A stretch of 44,703 bases of DNA from IMG/VR virus record IMGVR_UViG_3300038393_001022, one strand, 5' to 3'. The position numbers were made by a program, and so were the translations under genes. Positions 9,777 to 16,090 of this stretch are shown piece after piece; the first letter of the stretch is position 1, and each line of letters starts with the position of its first letter. The notes below the pieces were generated by a model. It searched no databases. It was not told where the DNA came from and worked only from the letters and a program-made list of their open reading frames with translations. Origin of the DNA: a virus.

Positions 9777-10945
9777 TGAAGGGCTATGTACTTGACCCCA
9801 AGGACCTCTACTACACCGTTGAAGGGGCCAAGTCCGGGAGCGCCGATACGGCCTACCTGTGGGCCTGCCAGCCCGCCGGAATGCGAGCCATCAACGGCGT
9901 GGTCTACGGGGCACAGGCGGGCCGTCCGGCCCTCCTAGTGTCTCCCGAGGGTAAGGCGGTCATACGCTGGGACCCGACCGACGCCGAAGTGCGGAACGCC
10001 CGGCTGACCATCGGCGCCGAACTGATCCCCCTCGCCGAGGGGCGTGTGGCGGCGCCGACCCACGGCGGGCCGACTACCGCCCGTATTCTGATCGGCACGA
10101 CCTCTGACGGCAAGCTGATCCACTTCTATCTCGCCAAGGCGACCCTCCGGGGCGCGGGCCTTGTGGCTAAGGCCCTAGGGTGTACGGACGCCATCCAGCT
10201 TCAGGAGGGCGCCCAGACCCAAACCACAGTCGCCCTAGGGGCCGTCCGGGCGACTCCGCTCCCGGCGAAAACGTTCGTCCTCGATCCGGGGCACGGCGGG
10301 GAAGACCCCGGCGCCCACGGCAACGGCCTGACTGAGCGGGACCTCAACCTCTCCGAGGCATATCTGCTGTGGAACGCCCTAGGGGCCTACGACGTCCTCG
10401 TGCTCCCGACCCGCCGGACGAACGAAGAGACCGTTCCCCTAGCCGATCGTTCGGCTCTGGCGAACGCCGCTGGCGCTGACCTCTTCCTGTCCATGCACCA
10501 CAACGCCGCTGGCGGAAGGGGCTATGAGGACTTTGTGTACCTCAAACCTACTACGGGGTGCCTGAAGTACCAATCGGCGATCCAGAAGGCCATAGCGCCC
10601 ATTCTCGCCGAGTTCGGCGTACCCAACCGGGGCGCCAAGAAGGCCGACTACCATGTGGTCCGGGAAACGATATGCCCCTCCGTTCTTGTGGAGTGGCTGT
10701 TCGTCGATCAGGCCGACGATGCCGCCGTCATTAAGAACCCGACGGCGACCGCCCGGTATGTAAGCGCCCTCCTCACCGCCACGGTCGATACCCTAGGACT
10801 CGAGAAGCGGAAGCCTGTGCTGACGGAGCCGCCGCCTTCGAAGCTGTACCGAGTGCAGGTGGGCGCCTTCGCTGACAAGGCTAACGCCGATGGGCTCGTT
10901 GAGCGGCTTAAGGCCGCCGGGTTCGACGCCTACGTGATCGGGTAA
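9776..10945 (+). CDS. Endolysin: N-acetylmuramoyl-L-alanine amidase (Amidase_3) with a C-terminal SPOR domain and an extra N-terminal domain (possibly phosphodiester-glycosidase/DUF2233-like)
   Basis: Amidase_3 signature LDPGHGGEDPGA...E...FLSMHHNA. SPOR-like C-terminus YRVQVGAFADKANADGLVERLKAAGFDAYVIG. GTG start overlaps the upstream stop. Confidence 0.8.
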   Translation: MKGYVLDPKDLYYTVEGAKSGSADTAYLWACQPAGMRAINGVVYGAQAGRPALLVSPEGKAVIRWDPTDAEVRNARLTIGAELIPLAEGRVAAPTHGGPTTARILIGTTSDGKLIHFYLAKATLRGAGLVAKALGCTDAIQLQEGAQTQTTVALGAVRATPLPAKTFVLDPGHGGEDPGAHGNGLTERDLNLSEAYLLWNALGAYDVLVLPTRRTNEETVPLADRSALANAAGADLFLSMHHNAAGGRGYEDFVYLKPTTGCLKYQSAIQKAIAPILAEFGVPNRGAKKADYHVVRETICPSVLVEWLFVDQADDAAVIKNPTATARYVSALLTATVDTLGLEKRKPVLTEPPPSKLYRVQVGAFADKANADGLVERLKAAGFDAYVIG

Positions 10946-10956
10946 GGGCAACAAAA

Positions 10957-10985
10957 AACCCCCTAGGGAACTTCCCTAGGGGGTT
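10957..10985. terminator. Bidirectional intrinsic terminator at the convergence of the two genome arms
   Basis: AACCCCCTAGGGAA-c-TTCCCTAGGGGGTT is a near-perfect 14+14 palindrome built from two CCCTAGGG copies. An A-run lies upstream and TTTCGTGTTT downstream. Confidence 0.75.
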
Positions 10986-11048
10986 TCGTGTTTAGGCTAC
11001 AGCATGTGGATCAGCGACAGGATCAGGTGGATCAACTGGCGTACCCAC

Positions 11049-11453
11049 TCAACAAGAGCCACGAGCATCAGATTTCACCTCCTTACGGAACTGCCAACGG
11101 AGCGGCTCACCAGCCGCGCACACCCCACAATCTGGTACATGCCCCATCGGCAAATGATCCATGTACCCTAGGCAGGCCACAACCTCTTCGACACTGTGGA
11201 CCACGAAGACCGGGACACCCTGCGCCTCCAGCCGATCGAACAATGCCGCCTGAAGGTCCGTAACCGGGTGTGGCTCGCCGGGCCGCTTGACTTCAAACCA
11301 CATCTGCCCTAGGCCCTTCTCGGCGTAGTAGAGGTCCGGGATGCCGGGCGCCTGAAAGGTGCCGCCGTGGAAGTTCAGAACCACACCGCCCCGGCCCTTG
11401 AGGTACTTGATGATGTGGCTCTGAATCGTGGACTCCTTAGGGCTTTTCGACAT
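11049..11453 (-). CDS. VRR-NUC domain nuclease, 134 aa
   Basis: Motifs GIPDLYY...MWFEVKRPGE...LQAALFDRLEAQGVPVFVVHSVEE match the VRR-NUC pattern (PD...ExK...Q). Confidence 0.7.
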   Translation of the reverse strand: MSKSPKESTIQSHIIKYLKGRGGVVLNFHGGTFQAPGIPDLYYAEKGLGQMWFEVKRPGEPHPVTDLQAALFDRLEAQGVPVFVVHSVEEVVACLGYMDHLPMGHVPDCGVCAAGEPLRWQFRKEVKSDARGSC

Positions 11454-11928
11454 CGCTACCCCCTAAGATCGACAGCTTCGAGAGCATCCTCCGGGCCTCT
11501 TCCCGGACCAGCTTTTCGAAATCCACCTTGAGGGCAAGGTGCTTTTCGATCAGCGCCGTATAGGCCCTGTCGAGGGTCTGATTGGTCTGCTCGTAGATTA
11601 GGACCTTAATTCGGTGATCGAGGATCGACTCGGCGTGTGCCCGCAAGGCCGCGTTGATCTCGTCGGTCCACGATACCTCGGTCTTGATCCGCTCCTTGAG
11701 TGCCTGCCCTAGGGTGCCGTTGAGCGCCGGGACAGTCGCGCCGCCGTGAAGCTGGTAGTCCAAGGCACGATTAACCCGGTCAGCGAGCATAGTGTAGATG
11801 GGCTCCATCGTCTCCGCGTCACCAAGCAGAGCGTTGAGGGCGCCCTGCAAGGACTTCTTCACACCGTCGAGCAGGCCCATGCCCTCCAGCATATTGAGGA
11901 CTTCCTTCGTCTCCAGCTTCAGTTTCAA
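11437..11928 (-). CDS. Hypothetical protein, 163 aa
   Basis: ORF with coding-like composition. Its ends overlap both neighbours by a few bases (operon packing). Confidence 0.6.
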   Translation of the reverse strand: MKLKLETKEVLNMLEGMGLLDGVKKSLQGALNALLGDAETMEPIYTMLADRVNRALDYQLHGGATVPALNGTLGQALKERIKTEVSWTDEINAALRAHAESILDHRIKVLIYEQTNQTLDRAYTALIEKHLALKVDFEKLVREEARRMLSKLSILGGSDVEKP

Positions 11929-12074
11929 CGCCGACCCCTCCGCTTCTTAATCTTGCGGTTCAACCAGTCATCATCGTCCCGGCGCCACTCCTCCCTAGGG
12001 AGCGGCAGGAAGGCCGCCCCGTGAGGAGTCGTCAGCAGAACAGAGACGGCGAGGATCAGGGCGAGGCTACGCAT
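11925..12074 (-). CDS. Small secreted or membrane-anchored protein (~49 aa; track ORF trimmed)
   Basis: AAGGAGGA lies 6 nt before the ATG at 12074. Signal-peptide-like MRSLALILAVSVLLTT is followed by a basic tail (KIKKRRGRR). Confidence 0.45.
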   Translation of the reverse strand: MRSLALILAVSVLLTTPHGAAFLPLPREEWRRDDDDWLNRKIKKRRGRR

Positions 12075-12192
12075 CGCCATCCTCCTTCGTTGACTCAAAG
12101 AACCAAACAGCGTCGGAAAAGCCCCGCAGGTGCCCGATCTTGTATCCGGCGAAACCACAGAACGCCCCTACAAGCAACAGCCCAATAAGCAT
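12067..12192 (-). CDS. Candidate 41-aa membrane peptide (not in the ORF track)
   Basis: ATG at 12192 follows GGGGTGA. The product is MLIGLLLVGAFCGFAGYKIGHLRGF.... Its stop TAG overlaps the downstream ATG (ATGCGTAG). Confidence 0.35.
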   Translation of the reverse strand: MLIGLLLVGAFCGFAGYKIGHLRGFSDAVWFFESTKEDGDA

Positions 12193-12245
12193 AGTTTCAC
12201 CCCATAAGGAGGGGCCAGCCCCTAGTGAGACTGGCCCCAGTGTGG

Positions 12246-12794
12246 CTACAGGATGTCGGCCTCGTCGAGGGTGCCAGCACCGCCCGAGGGCGCTGAAGCG
12301 TCCAGCGAAGCGAGGTCTTCCGCGTCATCATCGCCCGTGACCGCCGTGGAGGCACCCATCGTGACGAACTTCGAAGCCGGGTAGGAGGCGACGATCTTGC
12401 CGAACTTCTTCGTCGGGTCCTTCTTGCCGGGCTCCATCACGACCTCAGCCGTGAACTCTCGGTTCTTCAGCTTGCCGAGGTCGAGGTTGACCGCCGCCTT
12501 GGGGATGTCCTTGTTCAGGACCGCCATCAGGAGGTTGCGAAGCCGGAAGAGGGCCTTCGGGGAGAGCGAGCAAATCTCGTTCAGGGTCTTACCCTTGTGG
12601 TCAGCCGGAGCGACGACCTCGCAGGCGAATTCGAGGTACGGGTACTCGCTGGAGCCGGACTCCTTCTTCTGGATGCCCGTGATCTTGAAGAGGTAGGTGC
12701 CATCCTCGTCAACGAACTTGGACGGCGGCGCATCGGAGACCCCGGTGAAGTCGAGCGTGAAGGAGCCCTTAACGTTCGTGAACTCGTTAGCCAA
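12246..12794 (-). CDS. Candidate ssDNA-binding protein (DUF669 / T7 gp2.5-like class), 182 aa, acidic C-terminal tail
   Basis: TTG start 9 nt after GGGAGGA. The C-terminus is ...GDDDAEDLASLD...LDEADIL. It lies directly downstream of the Sak4-like ATPase, the usual partner arrangement. Function is inferred. Confidence 0.45.
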   Translation of the reverse strand: MANEFTNVKGSFTLDFTGVSDAPPSKFVDEDGTYLFKITGIQKKESGSSEYPYLEFACEVVAPADHKGKTLNEICSLSPKALFRLRNLLMAVLNKDIPKAAVNLDLGKLKNREFTAEVVMEPGKKDPTKKFGKIVASYPASKFVTMGASTAVTGDDDAEDLASLDASAPSGGAGTLDEADIL

Positions 12795-13025
12795 GGTGTG
12801 ATATCCTCCCTAGGGACTTTATTTGAGGCCAGCCCGCCCACCGCTAGGCAGGCCAGCCGAGGGACTAAAGGTGAAAAGAAGCGGGAACCTTAATCTGAGA
12901 GAGCCGCTGGTACTCCAAGGCTACGGCGACACCGTAAGCCAGTTTAAAGTACAGGGCTCGCTGGCTGTATGGGAACTCACGAGGCAGGTCCGGCTCGCCG
13001 CCGAAGTAGAGTTGTTTCAGCACCC

Positions 13026-13982
13026 CTAGAACACCTTCCCGAAGCCCATCCGGTCGAGCACCGCCCGGAGGTTGGCACCCACAACCACAGCCGGGAGGTT
13101 TCCGGTGCGGTCCCCGGTGAGGATGTTCTCACTAGGGCCAAACTGGATGCGGAACTGGGTAACGGGCTTGCCTGTGGTCTTATCCTCCACGGTCTTCTTG
13201 AAGGTGCGACCGATCACGTCGGCGTCACCGAGGACGTAGTTACGAACCTGCGTCGGCAGGTCCGGGTAGATGTCGTAACCGGACATCTCGTCATCACCCT
13301 CACCGCCGGACTTCTCCTGCACAAGCCATACTTGATGCATGGGCAGGGTGGAGAAAGCCGCCAGCCAGTAGATCATCTTCTGGCCTGCCGTGCCGTAGTC
13401 CTTGAGCATCGGCGTCATAACGTCCTTGGTGGGGTCGAACGCCGCGCTCCCTAGGACCACATGCCGCAGGATCAGTTGCCGCATCCGGGTCGTAGTGTCG
13501 AACCCGAGGATGTCGTACTTGAGCGTCCCGGCGTCGGCCTGCGCCTTGAGGTAGTAGTAGAGGGCTTCGACCTCTTCCCACGTTTCAACCTTGTCCTTGG
13601 ACTTCGGATACTCGGAGGCGCCCGAGCCCCGGATGGAGAGCGTACCCTCCTCCAGCTTGACGACGAGCACCCCGGCGCCGCCGCTCCCTAGGAACTTGGT
13701 CTTGCCCGTCTTGTTGCGACCGTAGATCACGACGCGGGCATACTTCTTGGCGGCGCCCGCTTCGCCGATCTCGTCCTCAAGGTCGAAGGCGGCCTTGGCA
13801 GGTGTGGTTGCAACCGTCTTGGTCTTGCCCTTCTTAGCAGACCCCGCGACAGGTGGGGTAGAGGCTGGGGCCGCCTCAACCACAGAGAAGGCGTCGTCCT
13901 CGATAGGCACTTCCCCTAGGGAGAGGGCGCCGCCCTCACCCTCGAAGCCGCCGCCGGGTCCGGTCATCTTGTCGTCAGTCAT
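13026..13982 (-). CDS. Sak4-like / AAA_24 RecA-family recombination ATPase (track ORF trimmed to the ATG at 13982)
   Basis: Walker A VVIYGRNKTGKTKF. GAGGAGGAAG precedes the ATG, which overlaps the upstream stop (GATGACTGA). Confidence 0.65.
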   Translation of the reverse strand: MTDDKMTGPGGGFEGEGGALSLGEVPIEDDAFSVVEAAPASTPPVAGSAKKGKTKTVATTPAKAAFDLEDEIGEAGAAKKYARVVIYGRNKTGKTKFLGSGGAGVLVVKLEEGTLSIRGSGASEYPKSKDKVETWEEVEALYYYLKAQADAGTLKYDILGFDTTTRMRQLILRHVVLGSAAFDPTKDVMTPMLKDYGTAGQKMIYWLAAFSTLPMHQVWLVQEKSGGEGDDEMSGYDIYPDLPTQVRNYVLGDADVIGRTFKKTVEDKTTGKPVTQFRIQFGPSENILTGDRTGNLPAVVVGANLRAVLDRMGFGKVF

Positions 13983-14985
13983 CGTCTTCCTCCTCGGCGA
14001 CAGGCTCCTCGACCTCTCGCTTGGTGTATTGCTCAGCACGGATAAACTCCGTGTTAGAACCGAACATTTCAGCTTGGCACAAGGGCTTGTAGGCGCACCA
14101 GTCACAGTCCCTAGTGATTGTCCTAGGGTAGAACAGCTTCTCGGGCTCCTTGTGGTTCAGGTACGGCTCGATCATTCCGGCGGTCAGGGTGGCCTCCTTG
14201 ACGACCTCTCGGACCATCCGGGCAGGCCTAGGGAGGAATTCCCGCCGGAAGAAGACTTTGCCCTCCAGCTTGAGCCGCATGTCGGCGTAGTCAGCCGGGT
14301 TGAGCCCGGCCTTTCGCAGGGCGGCCTCGTAGGTGTACCAGTCCGTGGTGATAGCCGCCTTGGACATCGTACCCTTTTGAGTCAACTCCGGCGTCTTGGG
14401 CGCCTTGGTGGAAAGGTAGTTGAAGCAAATCCAGTTGATCGGCTCGCCGTAGACCTTCTCGGCGGCGAAGGGGTAGAGGGTTGTTTGCCAGTCGGTCAGC
14501 CGCATCCCCTCACTAGGAATGGTGCCGACCGTCTTATGGTCAATGATCCCTAGGCCCATCTCGTCCCGGACCACAAGATCGAAGCGGCCCTCGTAGATGT
14601 GCCCATTCGGGAGTTCAACCTCGAACGCCTTCTCGACATCGACGATCTCGAAGTCGGCGTCGGCCCGCTCCCTAGTGAGGAAGTTCAGGTAGTTACGCAT
14701 GATCGCATAGGAGTCAGCGATGATCTGCGCGTACTCGGCCTGCTCCTCCTCGAAGAGGTTGGCCTTCATGTAAGCCTCAGCGTCCCGTAGAGGCTGGGTC
14801 CAGTCCTTGCCCCTGTAGTGCGTCTCCAAGCAGTTGTGCAGGAGGACACCACGGGCGATCGGGACCGCCTGCCGACGGGGCCGAAGCCCTTGGATGTACT
14901 GGTATAGGTACTTCCTACGGCACCGCAGGAAGGTGTTCAACTCGGAGACTGAGACCTTAATCCGTGGTGTGGTCAACGCATCCAC
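13975..14985 (-). CDS. PD-(D/E)XK exonuclease, Cas4/RecB-like, with a Cys cluster
   Basis: SVSELNTFLRCRRKYLYQY, GRFDLVVRD, IIDHKT and a C-terminal CDWCAYKPLC (C...CxxCx5C arrangement). Confidence 0.7.
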   Translation of the reverse strand: MDALTTPRIKVSVSELNTFLRCRRKYLYQYIQGLRPRRQAVPIARGVLLHNCLETHYRGKDWTQPLRDAEAYMKANLFEEEQAEYAQIIADSYAIMRNYLNFLTRERADADFEIVDVEKAFEVELPNGHIYEGRFDLVVRDEMGLGIIDHKTVGTIPSEGMRLTDWQTTLYPFAAEKVYGEPINWICFNYLSTKAPKTPELTQKGTMSKAAITTDWYTYEAALRKAGLNPADYADMRLKLEGKVFFRREFLPRPARMVREVVKEATLTAGMIEPYLNHKEPEKLFYPRTITRDCDWCAYKPLCQAEMFGSNTEFIRAEQYTKREVEEPVAEEEDDD

Positions 14986-15698
14986 CTCTTCTCCTTCGCG
15001 GCGGTAATCAGGTTACTGGCTTCACCCTTAGTGAGGTCCTCCATGTTGTGGAACTCCCGGCCTACCACAGCCTCGTATTCCTCCCATGTAGCAGAGCACA
15101 TAGGGTCTTCCACTAGAGCCCTTTTAAGTAAGCCCACCTGCTTCTCCGTGGCAGGGTCGTCGTACCACCTCGGCCTAGGTGTGCCATCGGCTAGGGCTCT
15201 CGTTGGTCTAGTGATCTCGTCAAAGCTGAGCATTTCGGCCTCTAAGCCCTTGAGAGGCCTGTTGACCGTGCGGTTGTTGCGGTTGTCGGTGAAGTCGATC
15301 GTAAGGCTCAGGCCGGGCTTGAGGTAGAAGCGAACGATCTGATTGCCCCTTACGGGGTCGGGGGATACCTCCACCTTGTAGACCCTAGCCCGCTCCTCTT
15401 CGGAGAGACATGTACGGGCGATCGCCTCCGCTGTCTTGCCTTCCCTCACCATAGCCCTGTGGCTAACGCTCAACTCCTTAACTTCGTCGTCCTCTAGCCA
15501 AGGTACATCAGCCCTAGGGGGATTCTTTAATCCCTCCACGGTTCTCGTAAGCCAAGACTCCGTAGGGACACTGTTTAGATAGACCGCCCCTAGATTTTTT
15601 AGGTCTACAGGCTTTACTACCGTAGCATCCTCTACCTGCTTCGCCATCTCGTCAGGCACCTCGACGAACAGCTTATCAAGGCCGTTGTCGTCCGGCAC
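14973..15698 (-). CDS. Hypothetical protein, 241 aa
   Basis: GTG start after AGGGGGTGA. The C-terminal ATEKQVGLLKRAL...LTKGEASNLI resembles a short helical motif common in phage replication-module proteins. Confidence 0.55.
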   Translation of the reverse strand: MPDDNGLDKLFVEVPDEMAKQVEDATVVKPVDLKNLGAVYLNSVPTESWLTRTVEGLKNPPRADVPWLEDDEVKELSVSHRAMVREGKTAEAIARTCLSEEERARVYKVEVSPDPVRGNQIVRFYLKPGLSLTIDFTDNRNNRTVNRPLKGLEAEMLSFDEITRPTRALADGTPRPRWYDDPATEKQVGLLKRALVEDPMCSATWEEYEAVVGREFHNMEDLTKGEASNLITAAKEKRWMR

Positions 15699-15744
15699 GT
15701 TGTCACCCCCTGCCGATCAGCTTGTCCGAACCGACAAACACAGT

Positions 15745-16071
15745 CTACTCGGGATCGGTGGCGCTGTCAAGCCACTCCTTGAAATTCCAATCCGGGTCGT
15801 TGTAGTGGGCCTGCCACGCCGACATGAAGCCCCTGACCGGGACCGGGCACTCGTAACAGTCACCTGTCACAACGTCGGAGATATAGGCGGTGTGGATCGT
15901 CAACAGCCCCGCGTCTTCCCTGTCGGTGAGGTACTTCAGGGCGCCGTGGGCGGTCCAGTGGGAGATACCGTTGCTGGTCACGACGATGCCATAGTACCGG
16001 ATGGCCTCCGGGCGGCGGCGCAGGTAATCCGATCGGGTCTTCTTCCGGGTGGCCTTAGTCTCTTCGCTCAC
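15745..16071 (-). CDS. Hypothetical protein, 108 aa
   Basis: AAGGAGGA precedes a GTG start that lies inside CCCTAGTG. Confidence 0.55.
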   Translation of the reverse strand: MSEETKATRKKTRSDYLRRRPEAIRYYGIVVTSNGISHWTAHGALKYLTDREDAGLLTIHTAYISDVVTGDCYECPVPVRGFMSAWQAHYNDPDWNFKEWLDSATDPE

Positions 16072-16090
16072 TAGGGATTCCTCCTTGTGG

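Noticed and set aside
13747-14553. Long antisense or shadow ORFs inside real genes. Examples: 13747..14553 (+), 40190..40864 (-), 4357..4956 (-), 43035..43559 (-), 36022..36573 (-), 32448..33122 (+), 2611..3075 (-) and 17312..17746 (+).
   Set aside because: These are typical GC-rich shadow frames opposite well-supported genes. Their compositions are R/G/L/V/P-heavy, they have no SD, and they show no motifs.
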